Source: an uncultured Bacteroidota bacterium
Lineage (GTDB): Bacteria > Bacteroidota > Bacteroidia > Bacteroidales > CG2-30-32-10
NCBI GenBank assembly: GCA_963831005.1
Contig: CAWHOW010000045.1
Coordinates: 9,878 to 73,877 of the forward strand
DNA: 64,000 bases
Reading direction: 5' to 3'
Position numbers and translations under genes: made by a program. This document shows positions 26,732 to 38,926 of this stretch, one piece after another. Position 1 is the first letter of the stretch. Every line of letters starts with the position of its first letter. The notes beneath the pieces are model-generated. The model saw only the letters and a program-made list of their open reading frames with translations. It had not been told where the DNA came from and made no database searches.

Positions 26732-27811
26732 ATGAAAAAAATATTACATAAAAATTTCTTTTTCATTCAACTTGTATTATTAACCGGCATTTATTTGTTT
26801 TCGACTGAGGCAAAGTGCCAGGATGCACAATTTTCGCAGTTTTACAATTCTCCTCTTGCAATGAATCCATCGCTTACCGGTGCTTTTAACGGCAATGACC
26901 GCTTGTTATTAAATTACAGAAACCAATGGAGTAGTATATCAACACCATATAAGACATTCGCATTTTCTTGTGATATGGGATTAAACAAGAAAATTGGAAA
27001 TACAGGTTTTCTGGCTGCAGGGATTTCCTTTTTAAGCGACAGGGCAGGAACATCTCAGTTAGGACTGAACCAGGTCAATCTATCATTAGCTTATCATGCA
27101 CAAATATCGGATTACAATACTGTTTCAGCAGGAATTATGGGCGGATTTGCTCAACGCAGCATAGATTTTAATAAATTGTCATGGAATAGCCAGTATAATG
27201 GCAACAATTACGATCCAAATCTGCCCACTGATGAAACTGGGTATTCACAAAACAAGCCGTATGGAGATTTTGGCGCAGGATTAGAATGGACATATTCAAA
27301 AGGGGAAATGTATGCAACAGCAAATAATCAATTAAACATAAATGCGGGCTTTGCAGTTTTTCATATTAATCAACCAAATATTGCATTTTTTTCAACTGAA
27401 AAAGATCCATTGCCGATCAAACTTGTATTTCATGGAAATTCTCAAATAGGCTTTAGTAATTCGAAATGTTCTATAGTACCTTCTTTCCTGTATGTTCAAC
27501 AGGGCGCTTCGAAAGACATTATTGCCGGAGGTATGTTCCGAATCAAATTACAGGAAGAATCAAAATATACAGGTTTTATTAAAGGCGCAGCACTTTCTAT
27601 CGGAAGTCTATATCGGGTAGGCGATGCTTTTATTCCAAACATGGAACTGGAATTTTCTGGTTATGCAATGGGAATAAGCTATGATGTAAATACGACAGGA
27701 TTAACATATGCTACTTCAGGTAAAGGAGGTTTAGAAATCTCCCTACGCTGGATTAATCCCAATCCGTTTACTAACAAACCAGCAATAAAAACACCAAGGT
27801 TTTTTAATTAA
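26732..27811 (+). CDS. PorP/SprF-family T9SS membrane protein
   Basis: Canonical start of the mature protein, QDAQFSQFYNSPLAMNPSLTG. Its size, beta-barrel-like pattern and position directly after a type-B CTD gene also fit. Confidence 0.9.
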   Translation: MKKILHKNFFFIQLVLLTGIYLFSTEAKCQDAQFSQFYNSPLAMNPSLTGAFNGNDRLLLNYRNQWSSISTPYKTFAFSCDMGLNKKIGNTGFLAAGISFLSDRAGTSQLGLNQVNLSLAYHAQISDYNTVSAGIMGGFAQRSIDFNKLSWNSQYNGNNYDPNLPTDETGYSQNKPYGDFGAGLEWTYSKGEMYATANNQLNINAGFAVFHINQPNIAFFSTEKDPLPIKLVFHGNSQIGFSNSKCSIVPSFLYVQQGASKDIIAGGMFRIKLQEESKYTGFIKGAALSIGSLYRVGDAFIPNMELEFSGYAMGISYDVNTTGLTYATSGKGGLEISLRWINPNPFTNKPAIKTPRFFN

Positions 27812-27838
27812 ATTATGAAAAATATAACGAACAAATAA

Positions 27839-28762
<924 letters not shown>

Positions 28763-28800
28763 GTTCATTAAGTTATAATAACAATTTAACAATTAAAGAT

Positions 28801-30564
28801 ATGAAAACAAAAATCTTAATTATCGTATTACTGGTAACCGTTTACCGTTTACTGATTACCGATTACTGTTTTGCTCAAAACAACGTAGGTATCAATACAT
28901 CGGGCTCAACGCCCAACAGTTCAGCCATACTCGATTTGAACACGGGCAATACTTTTACAAGCCCTAATGGTAAAGGATTACTGATACCGTGTATGAACAC
29001 AGCAAGTATGAATGCCATCGTTTCGCCTGTTAACGGTCTTATAATTTTTAATACCGATTGCGAAACAATAAATTATTACAACGGAACCACCTGGATTGCC
29101 ATTGGCAATGGAAGCGGCATATCAGCGCCAGGAGCTATCACAGGCAGCACATCACCGGCTTGCAATGCTACAGGCATTCCTTATTCCATTGCAGCGGTTA
29201 CAGGAGCAACCGGCTATAACTGGACAGTACCAACAGGTGCAACAGTAGCCACAGGACAGGGTACTACCGCCACCACGGTAAACTTCGGGGCTGTTTCGGG
29301 CAATGTATGCGTATCAGCAAGCAATGCCTGCGGAACAAGCGCACCTTCATGCGTTACAGTTACTCTTCCGGGACCTGCCCAACCCAGCGCTATAACAGGC
29401 ACAAGCCCTGTATGCCAGGGTGATAACGGGGATGCTTATTCAGTAACTAATGTAGGCGGGGTAACATATACATGGACATATTCTGGCACAGGTTATACAC
29501 AAGCTTCCGGCGGAACCACCAACTCTATTACTGCCAACTTTTCCGCCTCTGCCACTTCCGGCACACTTACCGTTACCCCAAGCAATGCCTGCGGCAGTGG
29601 TACACCACAAACCTTGGCTATTACGGTGAACGCCGTACCCGCAGCCCCCACAGCAGGAACTAATACACCCTCACAAACCCAGGTTGTATGGAATTGGAAC
29701 ACCTCCAGCGGAGCAACAGCCTATTACTATAATACAGTGAATAATTTTGGTACAGCCACCAGCAATGGGGCAAGTACTTCCTACACCCAAACAGGACTGA
29801 CCTGCAATACAGCTTATACCCTATATATATGGGCTTATAATAGTTGTGGAAATTCCACTGCCACTACATTAACACAAACCACTTCTGCTTGTTGTACACC
29901 AAGTGTTGTAACAATAAGCACGCTCACTCAAACAACCACATGTAATGGGACAAACACTATTGTAGCGTGGACTGGTTATGGTTCTACCACTTGGACTGTT
30001 CCCACCGGTGTAACCCTGGTTAATTACCTTGTTGTGGGCGGAGGTGGCGCTGCTGGAACCAGCCCGCCATGTTACTATGCTGGTGGTGGTGGTGGACAGG
30101 TTCTATCAGGAACATTAGCAGTATCTGGTAGTATAGCTTTAACAGTAGGGGCTGGAGGAACCGGAACGTCTTACGCAGGAAACCCGGGCGGGGTAAGTAG
30201 TTTCAGTTCAATATCTGCTTCTGGCGGACAAGGCGGACTATCTGGAGGTGCTACGGGAGGGACATGTGGCGATGGTGTGCATATCGGCGGTTCAGGAACA
30301 TGTAACCCAGGTGGTGGTGGTGGTGGTGGTGGTGCAAGTGCTAATGGCTCTAATGCACCCGGTGGTGGTATAGGTGGAGCAGGTGGGAATGGAGTGGCTT
30401 CGTCCATAACCGGGAGTTCGATTTATTACGGTGGTGGAGGTGAAGGTATTGGATCTACAGTAACAGGGAACGGGCCTGGTTTAGGGAGTATTGGTGGCGG
30501 CGGGTTTGCCGGTTCTCCCGGTTCAGGTGTAGGAAATTCTGGTACTGTAATAATATCGTATTAA
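28801..30564 (+). CDS. PKD-like / FN3 / glycine-rich-domain surface protein
   Basis: ATG 28801 gives a signal peptide. The N-terminal VGINTSGSTPNS..LLIP module is homologous to that of 27848..28762. Two PKD-like modules follow (ITG...C....Y.....G.T.Y.W), then an FN3-like segment and a GGGG-rich C-terminal domain (W.VP.GV..V.YLVVGGGGAAG). Confidence 0.75.
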   Translation: MKTKILIIVLLVTVYRLLITDYCFAQNNVGINTSGSTPNSSAILDLNTGNTFTSPNGKGLLIPCMNTASMNAIVSPVNGLIIFNTDCETINYYNGTTWIAIGNGSGISAPGAITGSTSPACNATGIPYSIAAVTGATGYNWTVPTGATVATGQGTTATTVNFGAVSGNVCVSASNACGTSAPSCVTVTLPGPAQPSAITGTSPVCQGDNGDAYSVTNVGGVTYTWTYSGTGYTQASGGTTNSITANFSASATSGTLTVTPSNACGSGTPQTLAITVNAVPAAPTAGTNTPSQTQVVWNWNTSSGATAYYYNTVNNFGTATSNGASTSYTQTGLTCNTAYTLYIWAYNSCGNSTATTLTQTTSACCTPSVVTISTLTQTTTCNGTNTIVAWTGYGSTTWTVPTGVTLVNYLVVGGGGAAGTSPPCYYAGGGGGQVLSGTLAVSGSIALTVGAGGTGTSYAGNPGGVSSFSSISASGGQGGLSGGATGGTCGDGVHIGGSGTCNPGGGGGGGGASANGSNAPGGGIGGAGGNGVASSITGSSIYYGGGGEGIGSTVTGNGPGLGSIGGGGFAGSPGSGVGNSGTVIISY

Positions 30565-30634
30565 TAAAAATGGGAGGAAAGCTGTGCCTACCGGCAAGGC
30601 AGGCTTGTTCGATATTCGATATTAAACAGAGATG

Positions 30635-30661
30635 GCTTCGCAAAATGCGAAGCTTTTTTTT
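30635..30661 (+). terminator. rho-independent terminator between convergent genes
   Basis: gcttcgc aaaat gcgaagc followed by T8. Confidence 0.75.
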
Positions 30662-30998
30662 ACGATAGTTCTTCTTTTATCTCCAGCAGGAAATCTTTTA
30701 TTTCTTTAAGGCTTTTTACTATTTCAATATTCTGGATAAGTTCTTCTTTGTTATCCTTAAGTTTGTTCTTAGCACCCTGTAGAGTAAAACCACGTTCTTT
30801 CACCAGGTGATAAATGATATGGAAATTATCCACATCTTCCTGTGTAAAAAGACGGTTGCCTTTTTTATTCTTTTGCGGTTTAATAATTTCAAATTCCTTT
30901 TCCCAAAAGCGAATCAGCGAAGTGTTCACCTGGAACATTTTAGCCACTTCGCCAATGGTGTAATAAATCCGTCCTATTTCTTTTTCCTTTAAAGGCAT
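30660..30998 (-). CDS. MerR-family transcriptional regulator
   Basis: YYTIGEVAKMFQVNTSLIRFWEKEF is a MerR-type HTH; the remainder looks like a coiled coil. Confidence 0.85.
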   Translation of the reverse strand: MPLKEKEIGRIYYTIGEVAKMFQVNTSLIRFWEKEFEIIKPQKNKKGNRLFTQEDVDNFHIIYHLVKERGFTLQGAKNKLKDNKEELIQNIEIVKSLKEIKDFLLEIKEELS

Positions 30999-31011
30999 CT
31001 TTTTTAAAATA

Positions 31012-31130
31012 CTAAACTCGAAACTCTAAACAATTTCAAATGTCAAAATTATCAATGTTCAAAACGGTTTGATTCATTTGAATTTTTGTCATTGTAAATT
31101 ATTTAGGATTTAGAAATTAGATATTAGAAT
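31012..31130. repeat. long AT-rich imperfect palindromic element, copy 2
   Basis: ctaaactcgaaactctaaacaatttcaaatgtcaaaatt ... aatttttgtcattgtaaattatttaggatttagaaattagatattag. Related to 19912..20056. Confidence 0.7.
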
Positions 31131-31140
31131 TTTCTTTGCA

Positions 31141-32316
31141 TTATAATATTTTCTTTGCCAATAACACATTCCTCCCATAGCCATAACCATACTTAAAATC
31201 AAAAGGCTTGGAACCGTTTGAGAGAAAAGCGTTATTCAAATCACTTTGGAAACAATATTTAAAAACAGGAATGGGTCTGTCATATGTACCATAATACTGG
31301 AACTTCCATTTCTTCTGATCGAAGAAGCGATAAGCAACCCCTGAATCGTCCTGCAACAGAAATTTACTTTTACTCAGCACTGTACTTCTCATAAATGTAA
31401 AGTCAGAACCGTGAAGAAGATAAGAAGCGGATTTTATAAAAGTGGTAACATTGGAATCAATATTCTGTATATAGGTTTTGCAACCTGCATTCTTTGCCAG
31501 GCCTGCGTCGGAAATATCGGCTGAGAAATAATATAGCTTTTTGATAATGCTATCAGCTCCTGCCGGACTGAATGTTATTTCAACGCCTTTGTTAATACGG
31601 ATCTGACCTCTTGTGGATATGAAAGTATCAGCAACTGTTACTTTTCCATCATCTCCAATATTGGCGTTTTTAATGTTCTTTACCGTATTACCTGTCCGAG
31701 CCATAAATATCATTAATACCGGAAGAACACCATCAACATCCTGATTATTCAATTGCGACGACATATATGAAGTAATGAAAAAGCTTCTTTTAAGAATATC
31801 TTCAAGGGCTTTATTTATGGATACAAAAAGACTATTGATATTCCTGTCATTGATGCTTTTTACATCGGTAATAGAACCGGTTTTCTCCAAACCGAATAAA
31901 ATATATTTCTCAGCATTTGGGAAAAAAGTATTTGCATAAAGAAAATCAGGTCCGCTGAAAGGGTAAAAAAGTGTTTTTGTAACTTTATTAATATCCTTCA
32001 ACTCTGAATCTGACCATTTTTTCACCCTTACCAAACTACTGTCTCTAACTTTATTCCATGTAGTATCAAAGCTTCCTGAATATTTTATCCATTGTTGTTT
32101 TTTAACCAATGCATTAAATGGTGCAACAGTATCAGGTTTAATTCCGGCAAGGAATTTTGCCACTTCGTTGTAATAATATTTCTTAACCGGAAGTATCTTC
32201 TTAACAGTGGTGTCTTTTGTTGTGTCTGTTTTCGAAGGACCCTGCGAACAGGCAACAAAATGACAACATATTATAAGTGCCACTACAGGCTGGAATATCC
32301 ATTTGTGTTTTTGCAT
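31141..32316 (-). CDS. hypothetical lipoprotein (tandem paralog A)
   Basis: Lipobox (VACSQG). Collinear with 32398..33567, with shared blocks LFYPFSGPDFLY..TFFPNA.KYI.FGLE, YYFSAD.SD.GL, KSASYL.H, LLQDDSG and F.YGYG. Confidence 0.65.
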   Translation of the reverse strand: MQKHKWIFQPVVALIICCHFVACSQGPSKTDTTKDTTVKKILPVKKYYYNEVAKFLAGIKPDTVAPFNALVKKQQWIKYSGSFDTTWNKVRDSSLVRVKKWSDSELKDINKVTKTLFYPFSGPDFLYANTFFPNAEKYILFGLEKTGSITDVKSINDRNINSLFVSINKALEDILKRSFFITSYMSSQLNNQDVDGVLPVLMIFMARTGNTVKNIKNANIGDDGKVTVADTFISTRGQIRINKGVEITFSPAGADSIIKKLYYFSADISDAGLAKNAGCKTYIQNIDSNVTTFIKSASYLLHGSDFTFMRSTVLSKSKFLLQDDSGVAYRFFDQKKWKFQYYGTYDRPIPVFKYCFQSDLNNAFLSNGSKPFDFKYGYGYGRNVLLAKKIL

Positions 32317-32397
32317 AAGTTATTTTTTTACTAAAATATTTCGCCGGATAAGTTTACAATTTTCATCTTATCCGGCGATTTATGTTTTGAATTAATA

Positions 32398-33567
32398 TTA
32401 TTTCTTTTTAGCTAAAAGTAGTCCGCAATGAGCACCGTAACCATACTGGAAATTCAGAGGTTTTGGTTTAGCTTTTGCGTAGGCATCTTTAAGGTCTTTC
32501 TCAAATTTCTTAGCAAACAGTGGAATAGGGCCGGTGTACATGCCAAATAACTGAACATCCCATTTGGTCTCATCAATAAATTTAAATGAAATTCCTGAAT
32601 CATCCTGAAGAAGTGCTTTGCTCTTAGTAAGTACGGTATTTCTTACCGAAGAGAAATAATCATTGTGCATCAGGTATGAAGCCGATTTCACCATAGTGAC
32701 CACATTGTTTTCCAATGTTTCGAAGTATTTCGCACAATTCAGATTTTTCTTTAAACCGTCATCGGAAACATCTGCGGAGAAATAATATATCTTGCGGACA
32801 ACTGTATCACCTTTATTAACATAAGTGATCTCCGCTCCTTTATTATAACTGGCGTCAGCTCTTAGGTTTTTAAATGAATCGATATGAACGATCTTGCCAT
32901 CTTTATCTATTTCGGTAGGTTTAATGTCAACAATTTCATGGTTTGTTCTGGCAACAAAAAGAAGAATGATAGGCAATGCTCCGCTTACGAGTTCAGTGTT
33001 TAGTTCTTTCGACATTTCCTTAGTCTGGAAGAAAGTAAGGTTGAGTACATCGCCAATGGATTTATTGATAGCATTGAAGAACAATGGAAGTTTCTCTTTC
33101 GATAATTTCTTTACATCAGGAATGTTACCAACAGGCTCCAGTCCGAACATGATATATTTTTTTGCATTAGGGAAGAATGTGCAGGCATGCAAATAGTCAG
33201 GTCCGCTGAAAGGATAGAACAAGGTTTTTAAATCTTTATTCAGATCTGTCAACACTGTATCCGACCATTTTCTCATTTTAGAAAGGCGTCTTCTGTCTAG
33301 TTTGGCCCATGTAGAATCATTTGCTGAGGAAAAGTTTTTGAAATTAGCATCTTTTGTAAGTTCGAACAAGTCGCTCTTGCTGTCCACTGCCATACCTGAA
33401 ATAAATTTGGCGAGGTCGGTGTATGCTTTATTTATTTTAACAGTATCTTTCTTTACTGTTTTTACACTATCTTTTTTATCCTTGTTTTTGTTGCCACTGC
33501 CTCCGCATGATGCGACTATAAAAGCAACAGAAAGAATTGCTATTCCGAAAAATGATTTTTTAAGCAT
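32398..33567 (-). CDS. hypothetical lipoprotein (tandem paralog B)
   Basis: Lipobox (VASCGG). Same conserved blocks as 31141..32316. Confidence 0.65.
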   Translation of the reverse strand: MLKKSFFGIAILSVAFIVASCGGSGNKNKDKKDSVKTVKKDTVKINKAYTDLAKFISGMAVDSKSDLFELTKDANFKNFSSANDSTWAKLDRRRLSKMRKWSDTVLTDLNKDLKTLFYPFSGPDYLHACTFFPNAKKYIMFGLEPVGNIPDVKKLSKEKLPLFFNAINKSIGDVLNLTFFQTKEMSKELNTELVSGALPIILLFVARTNHEIVDIKPTEIDKDGKIVHIDSFKNLRADASYNKGAEITYVNKGDTVVRKIYYFSADVSDDGLKKNLNCAKYFETLENNVVTMVKSASYLMHNDYFSSVRNTVLTKSKALLQDDSGISFKFIDETKWDVQLFGMYTGPIPLFAKKFEKDLKDAYAKAKPKPLNFQYGYGAHCGLLLAKKK

Positions 33568-33579
33568 ATTGTATTTGAT

Positions 33580-34905
33580 TTAGTTATTTATTATCTCTGT
33601 TTTTGAATAATATTTACATATAAAGTATACTAATAACCCCAGCAAAACAGTGGCAAGGCCAGTTAAGGATTCATAAGGTCTAACAATCATTAATCCAATA
33701 AAAATCCAAAGCATTAAAATAAGAAAAATTATTGGAACTACCGGATAGCCCCAGGTTTTATATGGTCTTATTGTATCTTTAAATTTATGTCTATGTATGA
33801 AAACTCCAAGAACTGTCAAAAACGTAAATATATTCAATGTGAATCCAACATAAACAATAATAGCATCAAAAGATGCAGTTATAATTAAAATAAAGCTAAT
33901 TAAAGATTGGAAAAGAACTGCAACTAACGGAACTCCTTTTAAATTCTTTTTTGAGAGGAACTTTAATAAACTATAATCTTCTCCCATTACCTGGTTTACT
34001 CTGGGTCCAACAAATACCATAGAACTTATTGAAGATATTAATAGAATTGAAATTAGCAGTCCCATAATTTTGCCACCTGTTAATCCAAAAATATGATTGG
34101 CAGAAATAAATCCGATTTCTTTGTGTCCAATTAATTCAGAAACGGGTGTTGTATAAAGAAAAATATAGTTTAATAAAAAATAAAGTGCAGTGACAATTAA
34201 TGTGCCTCTTAATAAAGATTGTGGTAGTTTCTTTTGCGGATTATCCATTTCACCAGCAATATATGCTGATGCATTCCAACCCGAATACGCATAAGAAACA
34301 AACACTAATGATACGGCAAAAACAGGATTAATAATATCTTTCCATGAATCAGCTGATGGAAAAATGTTTATTTTCTGATGAACATCAATTAATGCAAAAC
34401 CACAAATAACAAAAATGATTATTAATAAAATCTTAAACAGTGTGAAAACATTTTGAAACCCGCTTCCAATGCGAACATCATAACTATGAATTCCAGTGAT
34501 AATTATTAAAACTGTCAATGCAATGTATAAAGAAGATAATCCGGGAAATACGCTAGATGTGTAACTTCCTAAAGCTATACATGCTGCTGCCACTGGTGCT
34601 GCAAATCCAATTGTAATTGAAATGAAGCCGGAAATAAAACCAATTGCAGGATGATAAATTTTTGACAAATAATGATATTCGCCACCAGATCTTGGCATTG
34701 CGGCACCTAATTCACCATAAACTAAACTACCACAAAATGCAAATATCCCTCCAATGACCCAAAGAAGCAATACGGCAAATATTGTCTTTGTACCAGCTAA
34801 CTGATATCCTATTGAAGTGAAAACGCCTGATCCCACCATGTTTGCAATAACAAACGAAGTGGCGGTAAGAACACCAATTTTAACAAGTTTATCTTTCGAA
34901 GCCAC
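33580..34905 (-). CDS. APC-family amino acid permease
   Basis: 441 aa with about 12 TM segments. The N-terminal VIANMVGSGVFTS and GELGAAMPRSGGEYHY motifs are typical of APC transporters. Confidence 0.85.
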   Translation of the reverse strand: MASKDKLVKIGVLTATSFVIANMVGSGVFTSIGYQLAGTKTIFAVLLLWVIGGIFAFCGSLVYGELGAAMPRSGGEYHYLSKIYHPAIGFISGFISITIGFAAPVAAACIALGSYTSSVFPGLSSLYIALTVLIIITGIHSYDVRIGSGFQNVFTLFKILLIIIFVICGFALIDVHQKINIFPSADSWKDIINPVFAVSLVFVSYAYSGWNASAYIAGEMDNPQKKLPQSLLRGTLIVTALYFLLNYIFLYTTPVSELIGHKEIGFISANHIFGLTGGKIMGLLISILLISSISSMVFVGPRVNQVMGEDYSLLKFLSKKNLKGVPLVAVLFQSLISFILIITASFDAIIVYVGFTLNIFTFLTVLGVFIHRHKFKDTIRPYKTWGYPVVPIIFLILMLWIFIGLMIVRPYESLTGLATVLLGLLVYFICKYYSKTEIINN

Positions 34906-35023
34906 GTATTCGGTATGAGTATAATGAATTTAGAGGGTGCAAAGTAACAAAAATTTACTACTCCGTTTTAATTCAGCTAATTTTTTTTTCAAGACTTAAT
35001 AAACAGTTGTAAATTGCTGATTA

Positions 35024-36004
35024 CTACATGGATTGTGTAATCTTCGAAGCTGATTCAATAACCTTTTGCCATTCATCAGGGCTAAGGTCATTGTAAAAAT
35101 AATTGATAGGGTTTACTTTAGTTCCATTCTTCCACACCTCATAATGAAGATGCGGGCCGGTTGCCATACCCGTGCTGCCAACATATCCAATTAGTTCACC
35201 CCGCTTTACTTTTTGTCCTTCGTTAACAACCTTACGGCTCATGTGACCATAAAGGGATTCATAGCCATAACCATGATTAATTACAACGACAATACCATAG
35301 CCTGAAAGTGCATTACCACCGGGTGTCTGCACCAGTCCATCTCCTGATGCATAAATTGGTGTGCCTCGGGGAGAAGTAATATCAACACCGGGATGCATTT
35401 GTAAAGTTTTATATATCGGATGTATTTCGTAACCAAATCCACAGATTATTTTATTTGCACCACCTTTAATAGGAATTATAGCCGGAATACTTGCCATCAT
35501 TTGCGACTTATTCTTCGCCATATCCAGCACCTCGTCGTACGACTTGGACTGCACATAAAGCCGGCGCGATAAAACATCCAGCTTTTTAGTGATCTCAATC
35601 AACAGTTGGGAGTTGTCGTAACCTTCTAGTTTTGCATATCTGTCGGCACCACCAAATGCGGCATTTCTTACTGTGCTGGGAATAGGTTCTGCTTCAAAAA
35701 TGGTGCGGTAGATATTATCATCACGATTCTCCATATCTTTCAGAACAAGGTTCACCCTGTCCATACGTTCATTTAAGATGTCATATTGCAACTTGTACTG
35801 ATCTATCTCCCGCTGCAGCATTTTTTCCTTAGGAGAACTGAAAAAGTTATATGCAAAAACCAACACCACTGATGCAAAAACAAAACCAGCCACCACAACA
35901 TAAAGAACCCGTTTAAACTTGTCCTTTATAGAAACACGGACCTTTTCGAAAGCCAGCGACTTTACGTTAAAATGATACTGATGTTTTTTCTTTTTCTTAA
36001 ACAT
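35024..36004 (-). CDS. M23-family metallopeptidase
   Basis: N-terminal TM and coiled coil. C-terminal HPGVDI, YGHMS and GSTGMATGPHLHYEV motifs. Confidence 0.9.
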   Translation of the reverse strand: MFKKKKKHQYHFNVKSLAFEKVRVSIKDKFKRVLYVVVAGFVFASVVLVFAYNFFSSPKEKMLQREIDQYKLQYDILNERMDRVNLVLKDMENRDDNIYRTIFEAEPIPSTVRNAAFGGADRYAKLEGYDNSQLLIEITKKLDVLSRRLYVQSKSYDEVLDMAKNKSQMMASIPAIIPIKGGANKIICGFGYEIHPIYKTLQMHPGVDITSPRGTPIYASGDGLVQTPGGNALSGYGIVVVINHGYGYESLYGHMSRKVVNEGQKVKRGELIGYVGSTGMATGPHLHYEVWKNGTKVNPINYFYNDLSPDEWQKVIESASKITQSM

Positions 36005-36096
36005 GAGGTGAAAGAATTGTCCTTTTAAACAGGATCAATAAATGCAAAAAATGGTCAAATTTGGACTGCCTTAAATGCAAAACTAACAAAATACCC

Positions 36097-36104
36097 TAAC
36101 TTTG
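36097..36104 (+). promoter_or_regulatory. candidate -7 box (TAnnTTTG)
   Basis: TAACTTTG lies 45 nt upstream of the alaS ATG. Confidence 0.4.
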
Positions 36105-36148
36105 CAAATCTCTTGTTCTAAAAAAATGTTAATTCAATTTACCCGGAT

Positions 36149-38764
36149 ATGAATGCTGCCGATATAAGGAGAACGTTCACAGGCTTCTTTGCCTCGAAAA
36201 ACCACGCAATTGTGCCTTCTGCACCTATGGTTATCAAGAATGACCCTACTTTGATGTTTACCAATGCCGGAATGAATCAGTTTAAGGATATATTCCTTGG
36301 TAACTCTCCTGCAAAACACCCAAGAGTAGCCAATTCACAAAAGTGCCTTCGCGTATCAGGAAAACATAACGACCTCGAAGAAGTTGGTCATGATACTTAC
36401 CACCATACCATGTTCGAAATGCTTGGCAACTGGTCGTTTGGGGATTATTTTAAGAAAGAGGCAATAGAATGGGCATGGGAACTGCTTACGGATGTGTATA
36501 AAATTGATAAGGACAGGATGTATGTTACCATATTTGAAGGTGATAAAACCGATGGTATTCCTGCTGACTCTGAAGCTAAAGGGTACTGGAAAAATCTGCT
36601 AGCCGAAGACCGCATCCTTAACGGTTCGAAGAAAGATAATTTCTGGGAAATGGGCGATACAGGTCCTTGTGGTCCCTGTTCGGAGATCCATGTTGACATA
36701 CGCGATGATAAAGAACGCAAAAAAGTTGACGGTAAAAGTCTCGTCAATAAAGGCGACCCACATGTAATTGAAATCTGGAATCTTGTTTTCATTCAATACA
36801 ATCGTCTTTCTGATGGAAAGCTGGTTCCTCTTCCAGCTAAACATGTTGACACAGGTATGGGATTTGAAAGACTTTGCATGGTTATACAGGGCAAGAAATC
36901 GAATTACGATACAGATGTTTTTCAACCCATTATTGCTGAAATAGCCAGACTATCGGGCAAAAAATATGGCGAAGATGTAAAAGCCGATATTGCTATGCGT
37001 GTTATTGCCGACCATCTGCGTGCTATTGCATTCGCCATTGCTGATGGACAGCTGCCTTCCAATAATAAAGCAGGCTATGTTATCCGCCGCATTTTAAGAA
37101 GAGCGGTTCGTTATGGTTATACTTTCCTTGGATTTAAAGAACCATTTATGCACGAACTTATGCAGGTTCTGGTAAGCCAGATGGGTGAGTTTTTCCCTGA
37201 ATTAAAGTCACAGCAGGAGTTGATAAGAAAAGTGATAGCCGAGGAAGAGCTGGCTTTCCTGCGCACACTTGCCACCGGCATACAGCGTTTTGAGAATTAT
37301 ATACTATCCAACCCCGGTAAAAATATTATTGAAGGAGCTTTTGCTTTTGAGCTTTTCGACACCTTCGGTTTTCCTTTCGACCTTACCCAGCTTATGACTA
37401 AAGAAAAAGGCTGGACTGATGATATAAATGGCTTTAATGAAAACATGGAGGAGCAAAAGAAACGTTCACGAAATGCCGCAACTGTTGACACCGAAGACTG
37501 GGTGGAGCTGAAAGCTGTTAAAAATACTGAATTCGTGGGTTATGACACACTGAGCTGCGATGCCACAATACTTAAATACAGGAAAGTTAAAGCAAAGGAT
37601 AAAGAATTCTTCCAGCTTGTTCTTGATAAAACACCCTTCTATGCTGAATCGGGCGGACAGGTGGGCGACCGTGGTTACATAGAGGCTAATGGCGAAAAAA
37701 TTTCAATTGAAGACACTAAAAAGGAAAACAACCTTACCATACATATCACCAAAAAACTGCCAAAGGATGTTAATGCCGTTTTACACGCTGTGGTTGATAG
37801 AAATAAAAGACTGCATACCGAAAACAATCATTCGGCAACACACCTGCTGCATTCTGCATTGAAGAAAGTTCTCGGAACCCATGTGGAGCAAAAAGGTTCG
37901 CTGGTTGATGACGAACATTTGCGTTTCGACTTTTCGCATTTTGCTAAAATGACAGGCGAAGAAATTGCAAAAGTGGAAGCGCTGGTAAATGAGAAGATCC
38001 TTGAGAATATCATCATTGAAGACCTGCGTAATATCCCTATTGCCGAGGCACAAAAGATGGGAGCCACAGCCCTGTTCGGCGAAAAGTACGGCGATCATGT
38101 GCGCGTGGTGGCATTCGACAGGAAATATTCCATAGAACTTTGCGGAGGTACACATGTGCATGCTACCGGGCAGATTGGGATATTTAAAATACTTTCAGAA
38201 AGCGCTGTTGCTGCAGGCATCCGAAGGATAGAAGCCATCACCGGACTGAAGGCAAAACAATTTTATAATATCCAGAGCGAAATTATATCTCAGTTATATG
38301 AGTTACTAAAGAACCCCAAGGATATTTTACAAAGCGTTACACAACTGCAGGAGCAGAACACTTCCCTGCAAAAACAAGTGGGTGAATTCCAGAAAGAAAA
38401 AGCCCTTGGATTAAAAGATGAATTGAAATCCAGACTGCAAAACAAAGGGGGAATAAATTTCCTTGCTGAGAAAATATTGCTTGATGCCTCAGGTGCAAAG
38501 GACCTTGCTTATGCGCTGAAAAATGACACCGAAAATCTTTTCCTTGTTTTTGCTTACGAAAGCGAAGGCAAACCCGGGCTTGCCGTGATGATATCGGAGA
38601 ACCTCGTTAAAGAAAAAAATCTTGATGCCGCTAAAATAGTTCGCGAACTTGCCAAAGAGATACAGGGCGGCGGTGGCGGACAGCCTTTCTTTGCAACAGC
38701 CGGAGGTAAGAATGCCGCCGGAATTGAGAAAGCGCTGGAAAAAGCAGTTGATTTTATTAGGTAG
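36149..38764 (+). CDS. alaS: alanine--tRNA ligase
   Basis: 871 aa, with [28 protein letters not shown], the editing-domain HSATHLLH...CGGTHV and a C-terminal DHHA1-like GGGGGQP. Confidence 0.97.
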   Translation: MNAADIRRTFTGFFASKNHAIVPSAPMVIKNDPTLMFTNAGMNQFKDIFLGNSPAKHPRVANSQKCLRVSGKHNDLEEVGHDTYHHTMFEMLGNWSFGDYFKKEAIEWAWELLTDVYKIDKDRMYVTIFEGDKTDGIPADSEAKGYWKNLLAEDRILNGSKKDNFWEMGDTGPCGPCSEIHVDIRDDKERKKVDGKSLVNKGDPHVIEIWNLVFIQYNRLSDGKLVPLPAKHVDTGMGFERLCMVIQGKKSNYDTDVFQPIIAEIARLSGKKYGEDVKADIAMRVIADHLRAIAFAIADGQLPSNNKAGYVIRRILRRAVRYGYTFLGFKEPFMHELMQVLVSQMGEFFPELKSQQELIRKVIAEEELAFLRTLATGIQRFENYILSNPGKNIIEGAFAFELFDTFGFPFDLTQLMTKEKGWTDDINGFNENMEEQKKRSRNAATVDTEDWVELKAVKNTEFVGYDTLSCDATILKYRKVKAKDKEFFQLVLDKTPFYAESGGQVGDRGYIEANGEKISIEDTKKENNLTIHITKKLPKDVNAVLHAVVDRNKRLHTENNHSATHLLHSALKKVLGTHVEQKGSLVDDEHLRFDFSHFAKMTGEEIAKVEALVNEKILENIIIEDLRNIPIAEAQKMGATALFGEKYGDHVRVVAFDRKYSIELCGGTHVHATGQIGIFKILSESAVAAGIRRIEAITGLKAKQFYNIQSEIISQLYELLKNPKDILQSVTQLQEQNTSLQKQVGEFQKEKALGLKDELKSRLQNKGGINFLAEKILLDASGAKDLAYALKNDTENLFLVFAYESEGKPGLAVMISENLVKEKNLDAAKIVRELAKEIQGGGGGQPFFATAGGKNAAGIEKALEKAVDFIR

Positions 38765-38926
38765 AGCTTTTTATTTCTATTGGCATATGCCTGTCAGAGA
38801 ATGCCAGAAATAAGCTATATTATTAAGAAAAAAATCCACATCTATCCCATTTCTGAGGTGAATTTGTTCTTGTTGACAATCCAGTAAAGCTGCTCAAAGC
38901 CCGTACATCTATTTACCTCTAAAAGC

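Noticed and set aside
36445-38161. Several 60-126-aa ORFs antisense or out of frame within alaS; similar ones occur within the XDH gene (44836..47613), dnaX (59564..60939) and the TonB-dependent receptor (51790..53992)
   Set aside because: They are embedded in long ORFs with unambiguous family signatures, which makes them typical shadow ORFs.
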